A DNA stretch of 20,000 nucleotides from an uncultured virus (IMG/VR IMGVR_UViG_3300037504_000379). Taxonomy: Duplodnaviria > Heunggongvirae > Uroviricota > Caudoviricetes > Crassvirales. The first letter of the stretch is position 1. Every line of letters starts with the position of its first letter. The position numbers and the translations under genes were made by a program. The notes under the pieces are model-generated. The model ran no database searches, had not been told where the DNA came from, and saw nothing but the letters and a program-made list of their open reading frames with translations. Positions 7,812 to 15,121 of the stretch are shown one piece after another. Location: IMG/VR virus record IMGVR_UViG_3300037504_000379; one strand, written 5' to 3'.

Positions 7812-7973
7812 ATGACACAAGCAAATAAAGCATCCAGGCTGTTAGATAAGTTAAGACGTTTGGCAAGTAAACGGCAAAATGAGAGGGAGCTTGCAAAACT
7901 GCATGATAGGCTGGAGAAAAATAAGCCCGTCCTTGTCTCATTTGAGGAAGGACAAGTAAAAATTTTAAATTAA
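7812..7973 (+). CDS. hypothetical protein (53 aa)
   Basis: Manual: MTQANKASRLLDKLRRLASKRQNERELAKLHDRLEKNKPVLVSFEEGQVKILN*. Confidence 0.6.
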   Translation: MTQANKASRLLDKLRRLASKRQNERELAKLHDRLEKNKPVLVSFEEGQVKILN

Positions 7974-8010
7974 ATTTGCATTTCTGATTAAAAATTAATA
8001 TTTTAGAGCC

Positions 8011-8289
8011 ATGTTAATAAGTCATGCATTACAAACAGATCAAAATTTACAGCAAACTGTTGTGAGGATGAGTCAATCCCTAAAGAAGGGAGAAAGTCTT
8101 TTTGCTATCAATTATTGGGGTATTATACGCTTCAAGGTAATAAGAAACAAACGAAACCTCAGAAAATATTGCATCGGTCAGCCAATTTACATAACCAATC
8201 AGAGGTTAGAGTCTACAGATCAGGTTAAAATGATTGGAAACTTAATTAAAACTATGAAAAGAGAAAAAGAATGGATAGGGATGAGCTAA
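8011..8289 (+). CDS. hypothetical protein
   Basis: ORF track; possible promoter TTGCAT-N17-TATTTT at 7976-8004. Confidence 0.65.
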   Translation: MLISHALQTDQNLQQTVVRMSQSLKKGESLFAINYWGIIRFKVIRNKRNLRKYCIGQPIYITNQRLESTDQVKMIGNLIKTMKREKEWIGMS

Positions 8290-8438
8290 TAAAACGATAT
8301 GAGAGACTTATTGAAAAGATTGACAGGATGATTAATCTTTTGTGGACAGAGCCAGGCTCAGAACAAAAAATTATTGAATTGAGAGACAGAAGACAAGTCT
8401 ATAAAACTTTTATAAGCGAATTAAAACTTTTAAAATGA
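8271..8438 (+). CDS. hypothetical protein (55 aa)
   Basis: Manual: MDRDELIKRYERLIEKIDRMINLLWTEPGSEQKIIELRDRRQVYKTFISELKLLK*. Confidence 0.6.
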   Translation: MDRDELIKRYERLIEKIDRMINLLWTEPGSEQKIIELRDRRQVYKTFISELKLLK

Positions 8439-8552
8439 TTTCAAATTATAAAATACTGGAAGAATTGATAGAGATTATCCAAATAGACCATTCTTTTGAA
8501 AGAGAGGAGTTGATCGAGGATAAAGTTTATTGGATTCATTATATTCAGAATT

Positions 8553-8694
8553 GAATATTCAACGTTTACGTATATGACCTATTTGGGATTTGAAATACTA
8601 ACTTATAAAAACGAAATAAAGATGAAAAACGATACAAAAAAACAAAATAGCACCGACACCCAAATGGGTTATAATACGGTGTTATCAGCCGTGC
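8553..8694 (+). repeat. attC-like site B1
   Basis: GAATATTCAAC - arm CGTATATGACCTATTTGGG (8569-8587) / arm CCCAAATGGGTTATAATACG (8659-8678) - GTTATCAGCCGTGC (8681). Confidence 0.8.
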
Positions 8695-8843
8695 TTTCAG
8701 ATAATTATCTGCACTTTGAAACGATTGATGGTGTTGACGGCTGTGTAAGAAAATGTGATTTAGAAAACTGCATTTATCAAACATCATGTCCATTTTTTGC
8801 AAAATGCTATGACAAAAAAAGAGCTGTGCTTTTGCATGGCTGA
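8622..8843 (+). CDS. small Cys-rich protein starting inside attC-like loop B1 and reading into the cassette
   Basis: MKNDTKKQNSTDTQMGYNTVLSAV... with C-x2-C-x4-C-x4-C-x5-C; stop TGA inside GGCTGATAAC. Confidence 0.6.
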   Translation: MKNDTKKQNSTDTQMGYNTVLSAVLSDNYLHFETIDGVDGCVRKCDLENCIYQTSCPFFAKCYDKKRAVLLHG

Positions 8844-9350
8844 TAACGGACAGCAATAAGAAACGTGCGAAATTACGCACAAAACTAAATACGAGTACTA
8901 ATTAAAAAATAAAAAAGCGATGGATTTACCAATGAGCAAAGATTACTCACAAATTAGAGTAGAATTAGGAATTAACGCACAGAAGTTTATACAACAGGTG
9001 CAAATTAACAACCAAACTATTGAAGATCAGATAGCAAAAGGCATAGAATTAGCTATAAATGACATAACCGAAGAGGATAATTTTGTGCAAGCAATACGGC
9101 ACAACACAAAGAAAGAGCTTGAAAATATAGTAAACCAAACCGTAATGAGCTGGGAGGTTAAAAACAAAATTACAAAACTGGTTGCAGAAAAGATTGAAGC
9201 GAAGGTAGAAGCCTATGCCGACCAAATTGCAGAGAAAGTAACAAGTAGCTTGAAATAGTGCGTGGGCTTTTATTTTTTAATTGCTCAATTACGCACCAAA
9301 GCTGATACGAGAACGAAAAGTAAGCATGTTTTTTATTGCATGTTAGCTTT
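8834..9350 (+). repeat. attC-like site B2 whose loop contains a whole gene
   Basis: GCATGGCTGATAAC - arm GCAATAAGAAACGTGC (8853-8868) / arm GCATGTTTTTTATTGC (9324-9339) - GTTAGCTTT (9342). Confidence 0.8.
8920..9258 (+). CDS. helical hypothetical protein nested inside attC-like loop
   Basis: ORF track; flanked by AATTACGCAC-N9-TACGAG direct repeats (8871-8895, 9287-9311). Confidence 0.85.
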   Translation: MDLPMSKDYSQIRVELGINAQKFIQQVQINNQTIEDQIAKGIELAINDITEEDNFVQAIRHNTKKELENIVNQTVMSWEVKNKITKLVAEKIEAKVEAYADQIAEKVTSSLK

Positions 9351-9418
9351 TCGTTTTAATGAAAGCTAACGAAAGTGTAAAGAACGTTTTAATGTTCTTT
9401 ACAGTGTGTTAAATGTTC
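9342..9418 (+). repeat. empty cassette plus minimal attC-like site B3, both with CGTTTTAATG loops
   Basis: GTTAGCTTT-T-CGTTTTAATG-AAAGCTAAC, then GAAAG-TGTAAAGAAC-GTTTTAAT-GTTCTTTACA-GTGT-GTTAAATGTTC. Confidence 0.8.
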
Positions 9419-9450
9419 CACAAAGAAAAAAACCAAATAAATTAATAGTT

Positions 9451-9786
9451 ATGGAAGCAGAAAAAGGAGATTTTATAAGGCACAGGAAAGGACAATGGGA
9501 GGGCATTGTTATAGACGTACATTATAGCGAAGAATTAGAAAGTGTGAGATATATTACAACACGTCTGAGTGATGGATTTGAGTGTGATTTACATGAATCT
9601 GAATTTGATGTAACCTATCGTCCTGGCCTTTGTGGATACGTAAATGTATATAAAGATGAAGATGGAAGTAGATTTATTAGCGATCAAACTTATAACACTT
9701 ATAAAGATGCTTTCGCCTGGAGAGATGAACTGACTAATTACATTGGTACTGTATCAATAGCACAGATATATGAAGGTGACTTTTAA
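9451..9786 (+). CDS. hypothetical protein (SH3/KOW-like N-terminus possible)
   Basis: ATG 9451 (MEAEKGDFIRH..G..GIVIDV) preferred to GTG 9406. Confidence 0.75.
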   Translation: MEAEKGDFIRHRKGQWEGIVIDVHYSEELESVRYITTRLSDGFECDLHESEFDVTYRPGLCGYVNVYKDEDGSRFISDQTYNTYKDAFAWRDELTNYIGTVSIAQIYEGDF

Positions 9787-9796
9787 AATTAGATGT

Positions 9797-10063
9797 ATGA
9801 AAAAACTACTTATCATAACCCTATTGCTTCTTCCTTTATGGACTTCCATAAGTAATAAAACATCTCTTCCTATAGAGTTTTATGCTCAATGGGATAATGG
9901 AACAATAAAAGACCAGGGAATTTATATGAATTTATCTAAAACCAGGCGAGACAGAATAGCAGATAGTCTTTATGCGGCTCACTATGATAGTTGGGTAGAA
10001 AATAAATATCAAACAAACAAATTACAAACAATTAAATTTTTATTAAAATGGGAATTACTTTAA
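9797..10063 (+). CDS. putative secreted protein
   Basis: MKKLLIITLLLLPLW signal-peptide-like start at 9797. Confidence 0.65.
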   Translation: MKKLLIITLLLLPLWTSISNKTSLPIEFYAQWDNGTIKDQGIYMNLSKTRRDRIADSLYAAHYDSWVENKYQTNKLQTIKFLLKWELL

Positions 10064-10638
10064 CAAAAGACCAAGAAAAACTTTTCTACTTTTTGAGAGA
10101 AGTGCATGAACTATGTCAAAATGGAACACCGTTTGGTTTTAATGCTCTGATGCATAAGCACGGAGTGTATGCAAACGAGACAAGAGAAGCTTTGAAACGT
10201 GTTAAACTGTTTGAACCTACAGGGGAGAAGAAAGGAAGAACGCCTTATCATAGATGGCTTGCTCCTGTACAGCCTAATGTCGAAACAGCCACTAAGCTAG
10301 ACGAAGAAATTAAAAAAATACGTGCACAAAAAGCTAAACGAAAAGCAAAGGGCAACGGGCACGATAAAAAAGAAACCGTTGAGCCTATGAACGTAAAAAC
10401 TATTAAATATGAAAAGGCTTATAATAATAAAGGGGAAGAAACGGATATTCCTAAAGAACATAAACAAGAATATTTGAGTCGGTTAAATAAAGCAAAGAAA
10501 CAGATTGAAACAAAGACAAAAGATTATTTTGTTATTCGTATCCCTAAAGCATACATCCAAAACGTTTATTCTTTGGGGAAATATTTACTAGCAGCAGGAA
10601 TAGGTTATGCTATAAGATTAATAATTGAAAAACTGTAG
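10048..10638 (+). CDS. hypothetical protein with C-terminal hydrophobic segment
   Basis: ORF track. Confidence 0.8.
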   Translation: MGITLTKDQEKLFYFLREVHELCQNGTPFGFNALMHKHGVYANETREALKRVKLFEPTGEKKGRTPYHRWLAPVQPNVETATKLDEEIKKIRAQKAKRKAKGNGHDKKETVEPMNVKTIKYEKAYNNKGEETDIPKEHKQEYLSRLNKAKKQIETKTKDYFVIRIPKAYIQNVYSLGKYLLAAGIGYAIRLIIEKL

Positions 10639-10642
10639 CAAA

Positions 10643-11005
10643 ATGGATATTGATAAGGCAATACAAGACATAGCAGATTATTTTAAGGCCAAACTAGTTA
10701 AGGGGGAATTTGAGTTCCTCCGAAGTGATATACATACGGCCACTATTCTTATAGGCGGTAGATATGAATTTGAAATATGGATAAGCAACAGACAGCCTGA
10801 CAATCTAGCTTTTTATTCTTCTTTTCCTTTCGACAGAAAGACAGGGGTAGAAGATTTTTTCCAGATGACTTGGGATGAGAAACGAAAAGCATGGAAACAT
10901 CTAGGTTCACATGTTAGGTCTTATAAGCACAATCAGCTTATAAAAACCAAAGAAAATGAGCTAGAGAAGTTAAAAGAAGAATTACAAAACCTTAAAAACA
11001 AATAA
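10643..11005 (+). CDS. hypothetical protein
   Basis: ORF track; ATG 10643 (MDIDKAIQ). Confidence 0.8.
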   Translation: MDIDKAIQDIADYFKAKLVKGEFEFLRSDIHTATILIGGRYEFEIWISNRQPDNLAFYSSFPFDRKTGVEDFFQMTWDEKRKAWKHLGSHVRSYKHNQLIKTKENELEKLKEELQNLKNK

Positions 11006-11007
11006 CA

Positions 11008-11898
11008 ATGAAAAGATTTGCAGTGTATAGTAAAGACAAAACTCTTCTAAAAGCATTTGAAGAGAAGTTGAAAGAAAAAGGAATAAAACGTAATGATAGT
11101 ATGGATGAGGATAGAAAAGAAATGAATTTTATTCTCATATATAGCGATATGGTATATATGTATGCCAATCACAGTGGTTGTGGATCGGTAAAGCAATTTG
11201 TTTTACCAAATAACTGGAACGAGGTTGTTTCTTTCCTTGAGGACAACACAAAACCAGAATTTAAAGTAAATGATTGGGTGGTGTCAGATGAAGGAGAGAT
11301 TGTAAAAATTACGAGTTTACCTTATATGAGAGAAGATAATTTATTTGGCGTAGAATCTGGTTATCCATTAGTGGCTATATCTCCGTCAGCAATTAAACGC
11401 CACGCCACTAAGAAAGAAATCTATAATCACTTAATAAGTCAGACAGATTTAAAGGTGGGGGATGAGGTTATTGATGAGGATGGAGTTAAGGGAATAGTAA
11501 AAGAAATTTCTTTGCATAGTGAGCGTGATGGTTATTCTGGTGTTTGTCTAAGATATTTTAGAGAGCATGGCGATCATCTTGTTGTTGCATTCAATATGTG
11601 CGCACTACCTATAAGTCACGTTCAGAAAGTAAATTCTGTTTCTTTTACTATTAAAACAGATAAAAATGAATATATTCCACAAATAGAAAACGGAAGAGTT
11701 AGTGTGGGGTGTGTTAAAGATGTTAGCGAGATGGATTTAAGGCGTATAAGAAAAGTGAATGAATTTTGTCAGGAAAAAGAGACAAATTTACTATTTAAAC
11801 GTGATGGTGATATTCAGGTTATTGTTGCCGATGAAGTGGGCTATATTGGATATGATCAAATTAACGAACTAATCAAAAAATTAGAAGAAGATGAGTAA
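11008..11898 (+). CDS. multi-domain hypothetical protein with two KOW/SH3-like repeats; probable paralog of 16706..17581
   Basis: FKVNDWVV...KI and LKVGDEVI...GIV motifs; shares LKAF, F.LP..W..V and V.VGC with 16706..17581. Confidence 0.8.
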   Translation: MKRFAVYSKDKTLLKAFEEKLKEKGIKRNDSMDEDRKEMNFILIYSDMVYMYANHSGCGSVKQFVLPNNWNEVVSFLEDNTKPEFKVNDWVVSDEGEIVKITSLPYMREDNLFGVESGYPLVAISPSAIKRHATKKEIYNHLISQTDLKVGDEVIDEDGVKGIVKEISLHSERDGYSGVCLRYFREHGDHLVVAFNMCALPISHVQKVNSVSFTIKTDKNEYIPQIENGRVSVGCVKDVSEMDLRRIRKVNEFCQEKETNLLFKRDGDIQVIVADEVGYIGYDQINELIKKLEEDE

Positions 11899-12058
11899 TG
11901 GAGGAATAAATACAATAATATTTAAGGAACGTGTTTATACATGCTTCTCAAATTTGAACTAAAATCATCTTCGAGGGGTAAACTACTTAAAAACAATTTA
12001 AAGCCCTAAAATAGCTTAATATTAACTTTAAAAACAGATAAATTTAAGTGAAGAGACT

Positions 12059-12244
12059 ATGGCATTAAAAGCTGAAAACATAAAAACAATAGAAGACATG
12101 CAAAATTATGTCGAAGGCGTTATAAATGACTACGAAGCCGGAATAAGTACGAAAGAAGAAACTCTTTCCTTCCTTAAGGATTATACATTTAGAATATTAG
12201 AATTGTGTAACGAAAATAAATTTAACCATGAAAACAATTATTGA
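12059..12244 (+). CDS. hypothetical protein
   Basis: ORF track. Confidence 0.7.
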   Translation: MALKAENIKTIEDMQNYVEGVINDYEAGISTKEETLSFLKDYTFRILELCNENKFNHENNY

Positions 12245-12707
12245 CAAGAACACAGGAAAAGAAATCACTATTAGTGATGAAAGTTATGAATCTTTGTTTC
12301 CACAAAAGAAGAAACGCTGGAAGCCGGACTTGGGTAAAAAATACTATTTTGTAAGCATTACGGGTGATGCTGTTGATACATATATGGATAATGACGAGTT
12401 AGATAATTTTAATTATTACACCTTTAACATGTTTGAAACAAAACAAGAAGCCGAAGCAAAACTCAAAGCTATTAAAAAGAAATACGATATTATTAATCGT
12501 ATAGAAGAACTTAATGATGGTTGGGAGCCTGATTGGGGAAATGATGACTCTAAATATAGTTTATTTATTGATTATGATGAGTTTGATATTTCTAGAGCTA
12601 TACATATAAAAAGAATGCCTGATGAATTATATTTTAAGACAATGGGAATAGGATATACACTCATCTTTGAATTTGGGGATGATCTTAAATATTTATTTAC
12701 ACTTTAA
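12228..12707 (+). CDS. conserved phage hypothetical protein
   Basis: RWKPDLGKKYY...NMFETKQEAE...WEPDW, a pattern recurrent in phage proteins. Confidence 0.8.
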   Translation: MKTIIDKNTGKEITISDESYESLFPQKKKRWKPDLGKKYYFVSITGDAVDTYMDNDELDNFNYYTFNMFETKQEAEAKLKAIKKKYDIINRIEELNDGWEPDWGNDDSKYSLFIDYDEFDISRAIHIKRMPDELYFKTMGIGYTLIFEFGDDLKYLFTL

Positions 12708-12719
12708 AATTATAGTGCT

Positions 12720-12887
12720 ATGGAAACAATTGTATTAATTTTAGCAATATTGTGTGTATGGGTATATATTCACAACACAATAGGAAGTATTACAAATGGA
12801 GGTGAGGCTAATGGTCAATATATAACCAGAGTATTATCTTTTTTTATTGGTTCTATTCTTTGGGGACTTTATCTTACAATATTTTAA
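12720..12887 (+). CDS. small two-TM membrane protein (55 aa)
   Basis: Manual: METIVLILAILCVWVYIHNTIGSITNGGEANGQYITRVLSFFIGSILWGLYLTIF*. Confidence 0.6.
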   Translation: METIVLILAILCVWVYIHNTIGSITNGGEANGQYITRVLSFFIGSILWGLYLTIF

Positions 12888-12909
12888 TCATTTTTTAAAA
12901 AATAAAACT

Positions 12910-13209
12910 ATGAAACAATTATTAATTATTTTAGCTTTAATGCTTGTATTTGCTTCATGCGATACAAAGCTAGTGGAAAATCCTAAAGCAGAAACTACTT
13001 TAGAGATGCAACAACAACCTAAAGACACTATGTTGGTAGTAATGGAACAAGATGATTCCAGAGTTGACCGTATTGAATTATATGACATGAATAATCAAGT
13101 TGTGTATAAGAAAGATCAATTAGATGGATGGACTATTTTTGGGCTTTTGTTAGCTGGTTTTTGGATTGGAATGCCTTTGATGCTTTTATTATTTAGTTCA
13201 TTTGATTAA
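12910..13209 (+). CDS. putative lipoprotein with C-terminal TM helix
   Basis: MKQLLIILALMLVFASC lipobox; hydrophobic C-terminus. Confidence 0.75.
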   Translation: MKQLLIILALMLVFASCDTKLVENPKAETTLEMQQQPKDTMLVVMEQDDSRVDRIELYDMNNQVVYKKDQLDGWTIFGLLLAGFWIGMPLMLLLFSSFD

Positions 13210-13212
13210 CTT

Positions 13213-13623
13213 ATGTTAAAAGAATATTTGTTTTTAGGACTAACGATATTTCTCGTTATAACACAAGTGCCTCACGTATATTACACCTTTGATTCTTTTT
13301 CAAGGCTAAAAGGTACGTGGAGAAAAATACAAAGCGGAGCCTTTTGTGCTATTATATCAATCAGTATCATTGGCTTTGTATGGATAGGAAGACCTGAGCT
13401 AGCCCTATTGGGAGCCATTATTGAAATAATAGTTAACTTGTATTATTACAGTATTGACTTTTGGCGTAATGGCCCAACAAGGAGAAAAGAAGCTAGTAAG
13501 TTGTTTGGAATAGCCAAGAAAGATATAGGAACATTCTGGAGAGAGAATTGGATAGCATTTCTTTTTGGCAGCCTTATCCCTTTGGCGATATACTTATTCA
13601 GTGAAATACTCATTAAACTTTAA
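13213..13623 (+). CDS. multi-pass membrane protein
   Basis: About 4 hydrophobic segments. Confidence 0.8.
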   Translation: MLKEYLFLGLTIFLVITQVPHVYYTFDSFSRLKGTWRKIQSGAFCAIISISIIGFVWIGRPELALLGAIIEIIVNLYYYSIDFWRNGPTRRKEASKLFGIAKKDIGTFWRENWIAFLFGSLIPLAIYLFSEILIKL

Positions 13624-13628
13624 ACGTT

Positions 13629-14333
13629 ATGCAAGACTTTAAAACTATTTTAAATAATTCCGCAAGTGAAAGAGAGATAAATCTTCGCAGTCAATATATG
13701 GCTGGGGAGATTGACTCTCATACCTTCCTGGATGAAGTAACATTTTTAATCAGAAACACAAACGAACTGACAAAACAGATGCAAAAAGAGCTAAGAGTAG
13801 AAGAAAATAAAATAGCAGAGCTTAACAGGAAAGTTAAGGCTTGCACTGGAAAACCTGTCTTCGGACAAGGAAACGTCTACACCGACCTTGTATTTATAGG
13901 AGAGGCAGGTGGAGCTAATGAGGAGAAAACAGGACTTCCTTTTCAGGGTAGGGCAGGTAGGCAGTTAGATAAAGGGCTACACCATGCAGGAATAAGCAGA
14001 AAAGAGGTTTATATTACTAACCTGGTTAAGTTTAGACCTCCAGGCAATCGTAATCCCAACCAGAAGGAGATAGACAAGTATGGGTTTTATCTGTATAAGG
14101 AGATAGATATTATACAGCCTAAGATTGTTGTACCAATGGGTTCTTTTGCTACGAAGTTTATTCTTCAGTCAGAAAAGTCTATTGGAGAACTGAGAGGTAA
14201 GCTGCATCATATAGTGATAAATGGGAATAACTATTACGTGTTTCCTATGTATCATCCTGCTGCTGCATTGTATAACACAAAGCTGCGTATTCCCTTTATG
14301 GAAGATTTTGAATTTTTAGGTAGTATGATTTAA
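13629..14333 (+). CDS. uracil-DNA glycosylase, family 4-like, with N-terminal extension
   Basis: VFGQG, FIGEAGGANEEKTGLPFQGRAG, YITNLVKFRPPGNRNP, YHPAAALY motifs. Confidence 0.9.
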   Translation: MQDFKTILNNSASEREINLRSQYMAGEIDSHTFLDEVTFLIRNTNELTKQMQKELRVEENKIAELNRKVKACTGKPVFGQGNVYTDLVFIGEAGGANEEKTGLPFQGRAGRQLDKGLHHAGISRKEVYITNLVKFRPPGNRNPNQKEIDKYGFYLYKEIDIIQPKIVVPMGSFATKFILQSEKSIGELRGKLHHIVINGNNYYVFPMYHPAAALYNTKLRIPFMEDFEFLGSMI

Positions 14334-14344
14334 ATTGTAATATT

Positions 14345-14581
14345 ATGAAAGAACTAACAGGGATAAGCTCAAATCAATCTTTAATTGATGAGAATGGAGA
14401 TAAAAGACACGAAATTATAATCATAACATCGGAAATTGATTATGAATATTATGAACAAGGCGGAGAGAAAACGTTGATTAAAAACAGAAAAGCAGAAACG
14501 TATAGGTTTTTTGCCTCTGATAAAGGAATAGATTTGTTAATTAAAGATTTGCAAGAAATTAAAAAGTCATTGGAGGAATAG
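14345..14581 (+). CDS. hypothetical protein
   Basis: ORF track. Confidence 0.75.
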   Translation: MKELTGISSNQSLIDENGDKRHEIIIITSEIDYEYYEQGGEKTLIKNRKAETYRFFASDKGIDLLIKDLQEIKKSLEE

Positions 14582-14617
14582 TTGGTATTGCTTTAGGAAT
14601 ATTATTAGAAGATGATT

Positions 14618-14655
14618 AAAAAAAATAAGCCCTCGAAATTAATCGGGGGCTTTTT
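14618..14655. terminator. bidirectional intrinsic terminator at the convergence of the two gene blocks
   Basis: A-run, AAGCCCTCGA-aattaa-TCGGGGGCTT, T-run. Confidence 0.8.
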
Positions 14656-14848
14656 GATACTTTAACCTGTATTCCAGGTCATCTAATTCCTCCCACCTTA
14701 CCTTCCCTTTCCATTTGTAATAATACCCTTTAGGTGGTTTCTTTACTATCTCTGCTTCTACAGACCCGTTAATGTTAATCTTATACTCAGCCTTATATTT
14801 TCGACAAAGACTGCGAGCCTCCATTGCTAAGGCTATGTCCTGTTGCAT
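14639..14848 (-). CDS. hypothetical protein
   Basis: ORF track. Confidence 0.65.
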   Translation of the reverse strand: MQQDIALAMEARSLCRKYKAEYKININGSVEAEIVKKPPKGYYYKWKGKVRWEELDDLEYRLKYQKAPD

Positions 14849-14860
14849 ACGGTTAAATTT

Positions 14861-15121
14861 TTAGTGAGAATACGAAGGTAATAAAAAGAGATGTTCCTTT
14901 TCAAGGAATGGGAGCAATTGAGTATCAACGGTAAAAGGAGTAATCTCATAAGCCTCATACACTTGCAGAAAATCATTATAAATGAGGTATTTCTGGCCTA
15001 CGTTTAAAAGGTAGAAGTCAAAATGATTTGGATCAATGGTGATAAACTCATAAATGCTCTCCACCTTTTTGTATTCTTCCGGTAATTCCTCAAAGCAAGT
15101 AAACCCCCATTTGTCTGTCAT
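14861..15121 (-). CDS. hypothetical protein
   Basis: ORF track; ATGA overlap with upstream gene. Confidence 0.75.
   Translation of the reverse strand: MTDKWGFTCFEELPEEYKKVESIYEFITIDPNHFDFYLLNVGQKYLIYNDFLQVYEAYEITPFTVDTQLLPFLEKEHLFLLPSYSH

Noticed and set aside
8435..8552. Short ORF fragments upstream of array B
   Set aside because: No frame longer than ~25 codons with a good start; may be a decayed gene but cannot be supported
3876..8880. Minus-strand ORFs 3876..4100, 6050..6271, 6075..6365, 7492..7722, 8566..8880
   Set aside because: Antisense shadows of better-supported + strand genes
2233..9418. CRISPR array or complete classical integron
   Set aside because: No identical repeats with regular spacers; no intI or attI seen; arms differ in sequence, and nested genes do not fit the standard model
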